Part shown: piece after piece, positions 17,663 to 26,448 of the stretch | Layout of the letters: each line of letters opens with the position of its first letter | How positions within the stretch are numbered: the stretch's first letter is position 1 | IMG/VR virus record: IMGVR_UViG_3300027963_000040 | Strand: one strand, 5' to 3' | DNA: 64,000 nt | Origin: a virus | The notes under the pieces: generated by a model | Told to the model about the DNA's origin: nothing | The model's input: the letters and a program-made list of their open reading frames with translations, nothing else | Databases searched by the model: none | Made by a program: the position numbers and the translations under genes

Positions 17663-17670
17663 TATTTATA
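17663..17670 (-). promoter_or_regulatory. T4-type late promoter
   Basis: TATAAATA. Confidence 0.75.
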
Positions 17671-17671
17671 T

Positions 17672-17699
17672 AAAAAAAGGGGAGCCGAAGCTCCCCTTT
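17672..17699 (-). terminator. rho-independent terminator
   Basis: GGGGAGC-TTCG-GCTCCCC followed by T7. Confidence 0.9.
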
Positions 17700-17731
17700 C
17701 TAGTCTGCGGCTTGAAACCGTCTTCTGGGTC

Positions 17732-18370
17732 TCAGATTTCAACTGACTGAGATTCTTTTGTATTTAGTTGTTTGTTTTTTCTAAACTCTTCCCAGCGTTT
17801 TTTTGCCGCTGCAGATACTGATTGTTTTCTCTTAGAATCCGCAGACCATTGGTCTTTCATGCGTTCGGAATTGGCTATTTTCCATTCTTCAGTATGCGGT
17901 TTCTTTTTGATACCTCTTAGAGCAGCTTTATGCTCTTCAGTCATACCACCTCGTTCTGCAAACTTTTTTTTCTTTGCCTCCGAAATAGCTTTAGCCTTTT
18001 CAGGTGAACAAGGACCGGTTGATTTGCCTTTCTTTGCTGCGGAAATCTTTTGACCAATCGTTTTTATGTGGTCGTCGTACTTGTGCCAAACTTCGTTGTT
18101 TTTAATGTTCAGGTTGTAATAACGAGTTTTGATTTCTTCCGGTTTGATCATATCAAGATAACGCTGTTCTTCTTCGTACAACTCTTTTCTTGATTGTATG
18201 TTTGTTTTTATTATTCTTCTTTTAAAATCTTCTGGGCGACGTTTGAAAGCTTTTCTCATCCATCTAGAGCTACAAATGTAGCTATCATTTTCACGCCCCC
18301 ACCTACAACCAACGTAGTAACGTTCGTGTTTGCGGTCAAACCAAATGTAAATAAATCCGTGCTTTACCAT
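17732..18370 (-). mobile_element. free-standing GIY-YIG (Seg-like) homing endonuclease gene
   Basis: GFIYIW...YYVG...YICSS; basic NUMOD-like C-terminus; lies between gp23 and the strong terminator. Confidence 0.85.
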
Positions 18371-18408
18371 AAAAAAATACCTCCAAGATTTCTCCTGGAG
18401 GTATTTAG
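18371..18408 (-). promoter_or_regulatory. RBS-sequestering hairpin/terminator with overlapping late promoter
   Basis: 14-bp stem with GAAA loop containing GGAGG, then a T-run and ATG; CTAAATA overlaps the 5' arm. Confidence 0.75.
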
Positions 18409-18480
18409 CGCCTTTGAGGTTAGGTTATACACTATCAGCCACGCTATTACAGAATGGCTGATAATATAAAACGGGTCCAC

Positions 18481-19878
18481 TCACATAAGATTCGTGACGA
18501 TAACGCGACGATAGTAGAGGTTGCTGTTGAATGTCAGAGCGCCTGAACCAACTGTTAGACCCTGGGCGAATGGATTTGCTACCATGCCGTAACGAGTCTT
18601 GAAGCCGATCTTTGGCTGGAAGGTTGACTGGTCAACAGCGCGAACCATCTGCAGAGGAACGTATGGGCAGTAGAACAGACCAGCGTCGAAAGCAGAAGAA
18701 CCCTTATAACCGATCGTGATATAGTTGCCACCGATTGCATATGGATCGATGTAAACCTTTAGACGACCATTAAGAACACCAGCAAAAGTATTGCCTGTGT
18801 CATCAACGTTGAGGTTGTTTGAGTTGAGGGCAGGAGCGTAGTCAAGAACACCAGCCATCTGTAGAGCCGAAGCAACGTCGGACGAGCAGATAACGATGTT
18901 ACCCTTACCACGACGAGTTGTACGAGCGATAGCATTAGCTTCACGTTCCAGCTGGAACATTAGACCCTTGAACTTTTCGACTGACCAACGACCGTTTGAG
19001 TCGGTGTCAAGGTCGAAAATACCAGCAGTTGTAGTATTGTCCTGAGCGCCAGTTACAGCAGTGATATTGATCGTACGAACAACTTCACGGTTGATTTCAG
19101 CCATGATTTCAGCTGAAAGGATGTTAGCAAGTTCTGTTTCAGCATCAAGACCATGAATAGCCTTCAGATCCTGAGCCAGTTCCATTGTGTACTCAGCCTT
19201 CAGGGCACGTGACTTCGCAGTTACAGTTACCTTCTCGATTGAGAAGCCCATCTGAGCGAATGCAGTGTTACCGTCAGTTCCAAGTACTTCAGCCTGAGCT
19301 GTTGACATACCTGTGCCGGTGTTATAACCGTTAACAGCTGACATGATTGAAGTGTTTGTGTCACCTGGGATTGTACCAACAAACTTCTGACCGAACGAGT
19401 TAGCACCTGAAGTTACAGATGTGAACGACGAGTCAACTTCGTTGTAGAAAGTTTCTGAACCAAGTCTTGTGTTACCGATTGCAGATGTGTTACCAAGAGC
19501 AGCAGAGTTGCCGTACTTCGAACGCATTGCAAAGATAAGTCCTGTTGGACCTGTCATTGGCTGAGTACCAGCAATGTCATAAGCAATCAGGTTTGGCATC
19601 GCACGACGAACCAGTGAGATAAGTACTGGGTCGAATGTGTCGATTGGACCAGCGCCGGCAGTTGAGCTAGATGCTCCAATACCGTTGAATGCACCACCTG
19701 AAGTTGTTTCAGTAAGAGTTTGATATTGACCGTGAACGGCGGATTCGCGAAGAGCGCGCTCTGTGTTTTCTAGAAGAACTGCAGTTACCGAACGACGATG
19801 AGCGTCACGGATTGTTGGCAGTTCTGAGTGCTCTAGAATAGGAGCCCACTTCTTTTGGATTTCTTCCTGTAGAAACAT
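18481..19878 (-). CDS. gp23: major capsid protein
   Basis: LVRRAMPNLIAYDI, QPMTGPTGLIFAMR, SRALKAEYT, YCPYVPL, GFKTRYG. Confidence 0.98.
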   Translation of the reverse strand: MFLQEEIQKKWAPILEHSELPTIRDAHRRSVTAVLLENTERALRESAVHGQYQTLTETTSGGAFNGIGASSSTAGAGPIDTFDPVLISLVRRAMPNLIAYDIAGTQPMTGPTGLIFAMRSKYGNSAALGNTSAIGNTRLGSETFYNEVDSSFTSVTSGANSFGQKFVGTIPGDTNTSIMSAVNGYNTGTGMSTAQAEVLGTDGNTAFAQMGFSIEKVTVTAKSRALKAEYTMELAQDLKAIHGLDAETELANILSAEIMAEINREVVRTINITAVTGAQDNTTTAGIFDLDTDSNGRWSVEKFKGLMFQLEREANAIARTTRRGKGNIVICSSDVASALQMAGVLDYAPALNSNNLNVDDTGNTFAGVLNGRLKVYIDPYAIGGNYITIGYKGSSAFDAGLFYCPYVPLQMVRAVDQSTFQPKIGFKTRYGMVANPFAQGLTVGSGALTFNSNLYYRRVIVTNLM

Positions 19879-19908
19879 TTTAGTTATTCCCTTTCTTTAG
19901 GTTTTTTT

Positions 19909-19916
19909 TATTTATA
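19909..19916 (-). promoter_or_regulatory. late promoter of gp23
   Basis: TATAAATA. Confidence 0.8.
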
Positions 19917-19921
19917 AAAAA

Positions 19922-21250
19922 TTACTTCTTGACGGTTCTTGAGATTGCTTGTACGTACTTGTTAACCTGAGGATCAACATTTACGGTTTTCTCGCCGATT
20001 TCGCCTTCGAACGTTTCTTCCTCGATATTCGAAGACTGAGGCTTCGTTGCTGGGAAATAGTTTTCCTTTACAACCGAAAGTTTCTTCTTGTAAACATCGA
20101 GGTTGCCGTCAAAGCTGACTCCCTCGGCAAGTGAAAGAAACTTTTCGGACTGAGTTAGAGTGAGACCTTCCGCGATTTCATCGACAGTTTCCTGTCTCGC
20201 CGATTCCAGAATAGCAACTTTTAGCTCAGCATTTTCATTGATTGTCTCATCGAGAGCAGCTTCTAGTCTTTCAACCTTAGCAGCTAGTTCTTCAACAACA
20301 TTGATCTTTTCTTCTGGCATATCAATGTAATGCTCAGCAAATAGGTTCTTCAGACCACCAATGAATTCTTCCATGATTTCGTTACGTAGCGCCGATTCAA
20401 TCGCCACTTCGTTTTCCTGCATCCAGTTTTCAACAACGTAATCAAGGTATGTGTTTAGGTTATTTTCGACACCTTCAACGATAGAAGTAACTTCTTCTTC
20501 TAATCGAGTTTCGTACTCTTCCTCAAGGCGCGTAATTTCAATCACAGCACGCGCATTAACTGCAGCTTCGAATAGAGTTGAAGCTTTATCTTTAAACTCT
20601 TCTGAAAGATCTTCACCATCAAACATTTCTTCAACGTCTTCTTTAACGTCAATTTTTGGCATAGCGTCACGAGTCTTCGGACCCTTACCGGTCTTCATAT
20701 CGATACTTGATGCGTTAGAGTCAGACGAAGCTCCGGAAGGTAGTGAGCTTGCTTCCTTACCGATAAGAGCCATGGCTTGTGTATACCACTTTGTCAAATC
20801 GTCCTTACGCATAGAATGCATTGCGCCGATAACTGAAGTGATAGCTTCAATCTTCGACTTTGGATCTGAACCAACTGAACGAGAACCCGCCTTCAGAGTT
20901 TCTGAAGCGATTGATTCGTCTAGCTCGTCGATTGTTTCTTCTTTGATATTTTTAGTATGCCATTTGGTTTTAGCTACGCCGTCGATGAACGCTTTTGCGC
21001 CTTCGCCAGGACCGTTGTGTCTGTCATATGGAACCTTTTTACCATGGATAGTAGCTTCATAAGAATGACCGCCGTAATCGTTATGATGGTGAACTACGGA
21101 ACCGATTTTTTTATCGCCCTTGTGGATATCGTAATGCTTTTCAACAGCTTTTACGGGATGATCTTCGTCGTCGGTTACATCCTTGGGATGCGTTGTTTTA
21201 GTTAGTTTTAAATCATAGTTTTCTTGAAGTTCGTAATTTTCTTCAGACAT
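19922..21250 (-). CDS. gp22: prohead core scaffold protein with N-terminal extra domain
   Basis: LSEEFKDKASTLFEAAV, YLDYVVENW, LKNLFAEHYI; start at 21250 from GGAG RBS. Confidence 0.9.
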   Translation of the reverse strand: MSEENYELQENYDLKLTKTTHPKDVTDDEDHPVKAVEKHYDIHKGDKKIGSVVHHHNDYGGHSYEATIHGKKVPYDRHNGPGEGAKAFIDGVAKTKWHTKNIKEETIDELDESIASETLKAGSRSVGSDPKSKIEAITSVIGAMHSMRKDDLTKWYTQAMALIGKEASSLPSGASSDSNASSIDMKTGKGPKTRDAMPKIDVKEDVEEMFDGEDLSEEFKDKASTLFEAAVNARAVIEITRLEEEYETRLEEEVTSIVEGVENNLNTYLDYVVENWMQENEVAIESALRNEIMEEFIGGLKNLFAEHYIDMPEEKINVVEELAAKVERLEAALDETINENAELKVAILESARQETVDEIAEGLTLTQSEKFLSLAEGVSFDGNLDVYKKKLSVVKENYFPATKPQSSNIEEETFEGEIGEKTVNVDPQVNKYVQAISRTVKK

Positions 21251-21279
21251 TAAAGGTCTCCCTTCCAATTTGTTTAGTT

Positions 21280-21287
21280 TATTTATA
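21280..21287 (-). promoter_or_regulatory. late promoter of gp22
   Basis: TATAAATA. Confidence 0.75.
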
Positions 21288-21960
21288 TTAGATTTGTTTT
21301 TGACGAGAGAGACTTTAGGAAGCTCTCATAGATACCGAACTTACCTTGCTCGATCTCATCCATACGCATTTTCTTCATTTCTTTACGTGTTTCATATAGT
21401 TTCTCTTGATACCAAGATTCTGTAGATGCATCATAAACCCACTCAGCTCCTTCCATAATACCTTTGACAAAAGCATTAGGAGCAGAAGGATCAGCTACAA
21501 TATCCGCAGCTGTAGCAAGATGAAAATCATCCTGTACTTCCATGATACCTTGTTTGTTCGGCTTCAAAGAACCAAGACCACGAGAAGAAACGCCAAGATT
21601 AGCACCAGACTTCAGCAGACCCTTAGCAATATTACCCATTGGTGTATCTATAAGTCTAGCTTTACCAATGAAATTTGAACCATCACGCTTTAGTTCTGTA
21701 ATCATATGAGAAACACGATCAAGATTAATCTGAGGTCCGGCTGGGTGACCGAGCTCGCCATAAGCTCTTTTCTGATTGATATTGTTCTCGATGTATTTAT
21801 TGACTGCGGTTTCTAAAACAGGTAGGCTGTAAATACGACCATTGCGGTTAGGAGTATCAGCTTGCATGAAGATACCATGGATGTAATGGTCTTTAGAACC
21901 ATCTTCTTTAGCTTCGTAGAGGTATTCGACCTCTTCGGTTAGTTCTGTAATGAGTTTCAT
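21283..21960 (-). CDS. gp21: prohead protease
   Basis: NRNGRIY, GELGHP, GVSSRGLGS, DIVADPSAP. Confidence 0.97.
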   Translation of the reverse strand: MKLITELTEEVEYLYEAKEDGSKDHYIHGIFMQADTPNRNGRIYSLPVLETAVNKYIENNINQKRAYGELGHPAGPQINLDRVSHMITELKRDGSNFIGKARLIDTPMGNIAKGLLKSGANLGVSSRGLGSLKPNKQGIMEVQDDFHLATAADIVADPSAPNAFVKGIMEGAEWVYDASTESWYQEKLYETRKEMKKMRMDEIEQGKFGIYESFLKSLSSKTNLI

Positions 21961-21969
21961 TTTTATAAC

Positions 21970-22248
21970 CTAATTCGTGAATGCAATAGGAACAGCCACT
22001 AGTGTTGTCGCTGTATTATTAGAAGTTAATATATCAGTTGGACTTTTTTGAACAATCAAAGTTTCGCCACCAATAATAGACATTGTCCATTTAGTAGTAG
22101 TATTGGTTGAATCTTTACACGTTATTAAAGCCAAAGATGTGACTGCAGAAGCATGAGAAAGCTTGACTAATCCGCTATTACCATATGAACTAAATGTTGT
22201 GGTGTTACAAACAGATTCAACACCAAGAGGTTTGATTATTGCACTCAT
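21970..22248 (-). CDS. hypothetical protein (head region)
   Basis: 92-aa ORF within the head operon. Confidence 0.65.
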   Translation of the reverse strand: MSAIIKPLGVESVCNTTTFSSYGNSGLVKLSHASAVTSLALITCKDSTNTTTKWTMSIIGGETLIVQKSPTDILTSNNTATTLVAVPIAFTN

Positions 22249-23843
22249 ACGTTTCTTCCTGTATTAACGTCGACCGAGTAATTCGGGAATGTGTTTCTTG
22301 GAGCTCCGGTCATATCGATACCACCATCAACAGGTGCCGTTTGCTCGTCTTCTTCTTTGTCTTTTGAATGATCGCCGTAGACCATGTAATCATGAACTGC
22401 AGATACGTGATCTTTAGCAACTGCAATCTTTGCTTGCACCCATGGTTCAATCATTTGTTCATCACCCAGTTGCATAGCAAGATGCAACGCTTTATTTGCA
22501 AGAGCACGCAGTTGCGTTTTTGCCATTTCAGCGGATTCATCGCCGTCTGAACCGCCAAGTAGAGGAACTGCTAGGTCTTCCTTGATCGACGCTTGATGAT
22601 GTCTGATTACACTATTAGCTACGTGTGCAGCTGTTGTATCATTTAGTTCCGACGTTTTTCTACCGGGTAGACTTGCGCTGTATTTTGTGATGTCTTTACG
22701 ACTTGCGACTACGCGAGAACCAGGCGTTTTTTTATCTTTATACGCCGAATAAGGATGAATAGAAGTTAACTTTTCGCCTTTGTAATGAAGATCGTATGTC
22801 GGTTTGCCGTCAGGGTGCGCAGTGGTTGATTTCTTACCAGTTTTGACCAGTTTGTAGTCTGGATGTAAATCTGTTGCTTCGACGATTTCGGTGGAGCCAA
22901 CTCCGTGTAGAGCTCCTGAATTAAAACCCTCTGTTTCTTCTCCGAGGTGTGGAGTTACAGTAAACTTGTGGGTTTTACCGAGAGTTCCGGTTCTAGCCTT
23001 TGATCTAACATGAACTGTTTTACCGTCGTTCTTTGTTACCATACCGTAACTTTTGTCGCCTGTACCATGCTGATAGAAGTCAGTGTGCATACCAACATCC
23101 ATACCCTTCGCCATGTCTGGGTGCATCTTACCCTTGGCGCCATATTCGCGATGGTTTACTTCGTTGATTGGCTCAACTTCTTCGTTAGTCTTCTTTGATT
23201 TTTCTGGGTGCATGCTGTAATAAGCACCAAGAGCCATACGCTGACGTTCTTCGCCTGACTTACCAGCGAACTTCTGATCCTTTGACTTGCGGAAATCCCT
23301 GATTATGTCGCCAGCTGAAGTATTTTTTGTGAGAACTTCTTTGAGAGTCTTTTTTGGCTTAGAACAGTCAGCCATTTCGTGGACTGGGCAAGAAACACCT
23401 TCCTCGGTCATGTTGCACTTTGCGACTTCATTAGCTTCGTGCTTTATCGTGTATTGTTTGCCGGACTTATCTTTAGCTACAGAATAACCTTTACCAACAA
23501 ACTTTACGGTGGCTTTGGATTTGAAATCCGGATTGTTTTTGCTAGGGGAAACGTCGACCTCGTCACCAACCTTCTTAGCTTCATTTACACTTTCTGAATC
23601 TTTGATATTTTTACGACCATGTTTTGTTTCTTTAGCAAGAGCAGGCTTGATGTTCGTAGCCTGATACAACTCATCGGTATTACCAACGCGATCTGAATGC
23701 TTCTCAGTCTTGTGCAGTTTTACGAATTCTTGTTCGTTCGGAGCCTTCGGTTCGTAATCAACACCAGGATCCTTACCAGTTGAACCTGGTACGACTTTGG
23801 AGGTTTTTACGCCGTTTAAGATATCTTTAAGCGTCTTCGCCAT
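22245..23843 (-). CDS. large prohead-core/internal protein (gp68 position)
   Basis: Position between gp67-like and gp21; many hydrophobic-x-E sites; His/Lys-rich modules. Confidence 0.6.
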   Translation of the reverse strand: MAKTLKDILNGVKTSKVVPGSTGKDPGVDYEPKAPNEQEFVKLHKTEKHSDRVGNTDELYQATNIKPALAKETKHGRKNIKDSESVNEAKKVGDEVDVSPSKNNPDFKSKATVKFVGKGYSVAKDKSGKQYTIKHEANEVAKCNMTEEGVSCPVHEMADCSKPKKTLKEVLTKNTSAGDIIRDFRKSKDQKFAGKSGEERQRMALGAYYSMHPEKSKKTNEEVEPINEVNHREYGAKGKMHPDMAKGMDVGMHTDFYQHGTGDKSYGMVTKNDGKTVHVRSKARTGTLGKTHKFTVTPHLGEETEGFNSGALHGVGSTEIVEATDLHPDYKLVKTGKKSTTAHPDGKPTYDLHYKGEKLTSIHPYSAYKDKKTPGSRVVASRKDITKYSASLPGRKTSELNDTTAAHVANSVIRHHQASIKEDLAVPLLGGSDGDESAEMAKTQLRALANKALHLAMQLGDEQMIEPWVQAKIAVAKDHVSAVHDYMVYGDHSKDKEEDEQTAPVDGGIDMTGAPRNTFPNYSVDVNTGRNV

Positions 23844-24063
23844 CTTCCTGGTCCTCTACTTCTTCTGTTTCTAGTTCTTCTTCAGTTTCATAATCGTCAG
23901 AAGGGTTTACGAACATGTTCATTGCCATTTGTTGTTTCTTACCTTCAATCGCCGAAGCAACCCTATCCTGAAGAATAGCCTTGAAAGCGTCTTCAAAATC
24001 GATAGGCTTCTGAATTGAACTGAACTTGATAAGATCTGCTACCCGAGCTTCAATTTCCGTCAT
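23827..24063 (-). CDS. gp67: prohead core protein, gp67-like
   Basis: Small protein with acidic tail directly after the portal gene. Confidence 0.6.
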   Translation of the reverse strand: MTEIEARVADLIKFSSIQKPIDFEDAFKAILQDRVASAIEGKKQQMAMNMFVNPSDDYETEEELETEEVEDQEDGEDA

Positions 24064-24074
24064 GTCTATAATCC

Positions 24075-25781
24075 TTATTTATTTCTTGATAATATTTGCA
24101 CTGCTGATCTATATTTAGATTCATCCTGTATAGAACGTTTATCTTTTTTACTTAACAGATTAACCGTTGCTTCGGCTTCTCTTATTTTTTTAGCTTGCGC
24201 ATCATCTTCGGGTGGTGACTCTTCTTCATCAGGAGGTTGTTCGCTCCCATCAGATATTTGATCGTCCATTCCATCCATAGGAGAAGGAGGATTCCAGCGA
24301 GGATCATCCTGCTCTTCTTCAATTTGCTTGTCATGTTCTTCAATATCATCATCTGACTGCTGAAGGATATTTTTACGTGCCCACTCGTGCGAGTAGTACT
24401 TACCAAGTAGACCACCCTGATCCATAGTCATCATGAGCTGAGCTCGATTCTGAACCACTTCGGAATTCTTCAGCTCGGTGAAGTAGTTGTCTTTAGCGAA
24501 ATCGAATCGAATATCCGGAGCAATATTCTGCCAATCCTCGATCGACATAATACCTTTCAGAACCAGCTGCTTTTCTAACAGTGAAGTGAATAGTGTGCTG
24601 AAACGACCGCGAAGTCTTGAAATAAACTTAGAGAACTTCAGTTCGTCTCTTGTAACTTCTGTTGCTCTACCAAGAGAGAACAGAGCATCAGAATTTAGGC
24701 GATTCACAGGCACGTTTAGAGTTTGATACATCTTTTTCTGGAAGTAAAGAACATCATCCATCTGACCGAGCGTTTGACCGCCTGGTAGTGTAGTTACTTC
24801 CGTACCACGTCCGCCTTCTCTACGAGGCAGCCAGTAGTCTTCAAGCATCGTCATGAACTTTCTGTCGTCGCGAACTTCACCGGTGGCGCCATCGTAAATC
24901 AAACGATTTTTGTGCTTGACCATAATGTCGCGAACATACTGCTCAGCCTTCATCTTAGGCAAGTTACCAACATCGATATACCAGATACGACGCTCAGGAG
25001 CGCGCGCGAGGCGGTAAATGACTAGAGCATCTTCGAGAGTGCGAAGCTGATTTAGTGCTTTGATTGCTTTGTGAAGATATGAGAGAACCATTGTTCCCTG
25101 AGTGTCAGACAATCCGGATGTAATATACACAACCGAGTCTTTGGCGATCTTCATACCAGTTGTTGAAGGACCAACTACCTTATTACCGTAGTTGAAACCC
25201 TTGTCGTTGAAGATGAAGTATTCGTTTTGAACTTTTGGAACGACAGCCTCATGACCGTCTCCACCAGGAACTTTTCTTTTTGCCACTTCACGAACTTTAC
25301 GGATTTTTCTAGGATCAACGTATCTTACTTCTTTGATACCAGCACTTACGTTCTTTTCATCAATAACAACGTGGTAATACAATCTACCATCAATGTACCA
25401 GCGACGGTAGATATCGTATGCTCTTGATTGGAAATCTAGAATGTTCAAAACGTTTTGGAATTCGTCTCGAATGGCTTTCTTGACCTTGTCTGTGACTTCA
25501 AGGTTGTCGAGAACAATACTGACGATATTTTGTTCGTCGATTGATATTGATTCGTTAACGATTTCATCTACAGCCGAATCAATTTCAGGCTGTAGAGACA
25601 TTTCTCTGTACTTAGTTACTAACTCGGCTTCGGTTCTTACCGTCCCGTCTAGGTCAATATAAGTGCCGTAAGCACCACCTGCGGCAACGATAACTGCTCC
25701 GTCGTCTGCTTCTTTCGGAGCAAAAGACGGAGCTGTATCAACAGGAACTTTACGTTGGAATTCGAATCCGAATAGTTTCAT
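24075..25781 (-). CDS. gp20: portal protein
   Basis: YRLARAPERRIWYIDVGNLPK, MLEDYWLPRREGGRGTE. Confidence 0.98.
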   Translation of the reverse strand: MKLFGFEFQRKVPVDTAPSFAPKEADDGAVIVAAGGAYGTYIDLDGTVRTEAELVTKYREMSLQPEIDSAVDEIVNESISIDEQNIVSIVLDNLEVTDKVKKAIRDEFQNVLNILDFQSRAYDIYRRWYIDGRLYYHVVIDEKNVSAGIKEVRYVDPRKIRKVREVAKRKVPGGDGHEAVVPKVQNEYFIFNDKGFNYGNKVVGPSTTGMKIAKDSVVYITSGLSDTQGTMVLSYLHKAIKALNQLRTLEDALVIYRLARAPERRIWYIDVGNLPKMKAEQYVRDIMVKHKNRLIYDGATGEVRDDRKFMTMLEDYWLPRREGGRGTEVTTLPGGQTLGQMDDVLYFQKKMYQTLNVPVNRLNSDALFSLGRATEVTRDELKFSKFISRLRGRFSTLFTSLLEKQLVLKGIMSIEDWQNIAPDIRFDFAKDNYFTELKNSEVVQNRAQLMMTMDQGGLLGKYYSHEWARKNILQQSDDDIEEHDKQIEEEQDDPRWNPPSPMDGMDDQISDGSEQPPDEEESPPEDDAQAKKIREAEATVNLLSKKDKRSIQDESKYRSAVQILSRNK

Positions 25782-25801
25782 TTATTTTATTTTTCCAAAA
25801 C

Positions 25802-25823
25802 GGAGAGGAGTAATCTCCTCTCC
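25802..25823 (-). terminator. hairpin terminator after gp19
   Basis: GGAGAGGAG-ATTA-CTCCTCTCC followed by GTTTT. Confidence 0.65.
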
Positions 25824-25847
25824 TTCACAATATATATTATTTTACAA

Positions 25848-26420
25848 TCAGCCGCCAGGCTCGCCGGTGTCGATAGCAGCACCAGTTCCACCAAACTGAA
25901 TCGGAATCCAATAATCGTAAGAGAATGTTACATCGAACGTCTGAATAGCGTTTGTGTTATCCCAGTCCAGAGCCATATTAGAAACGGTTGTCGGAAAAAT
26001 ACCAACAAACTGATAAGATCTAATAGCGGTGCCTTCCTTAGAGAACTGTGTTACATAAGCATCTGTATTCTTGTAACTGTTTGCCGCAAGAAGCTTTACG
26101 TTTCCGACAAACTGATTGATCTGATTTGACCAATCTTCAAACATATTTCTTACTAGATAATCTTCATCATTCATAACCGTGACGGACCAATCGGCGAAAG
26201 TACGATCGCCAGCCAACTTAATCTGACGACCAAAATACGGAACGTTTACTGGATCGATAGTTGCTGCCGGAACTTCGGAAGCGCGACAAGTAAAAACAAA
26301 CTTATCGATTGTCGCTTGATCTTCGCCGATATTTGGATTGATCTGAACTTGAAAAAGACTTGGTCTTGCGCCACCTAACGTAAGACCGCGACTTTTGAAG
26401 TCATTGATATTAAAAGCCAT
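25848..26420 (-). CDS. gp19: tail tube protein
   Basis: GGARPSLF, GRQIKLAGDRTFADW, FDVTFSYDYW. Confidence 0.95.
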   Translation of the reverse strand: MAFNINDFKSRGLTLGGARPSLFQVQINPNIGEDQATIDKFVFTCRASEVPAATIDPVNVPYFGRQIKLAGDRTFADWSVTVMNDEDYLVRNMFEDWSNQINQFVGNVKLLAANSYKNTDAYVTQFSKEGTAIRSYQFVGIFPTTVSNMALDWDNTNAIQTFDVTFSYDYWIPIQFGGTGAAIDTGEPGG

Positions 26421-26448
26421 GTTCGTTACTCCTGTTTTTCTTTATTTA

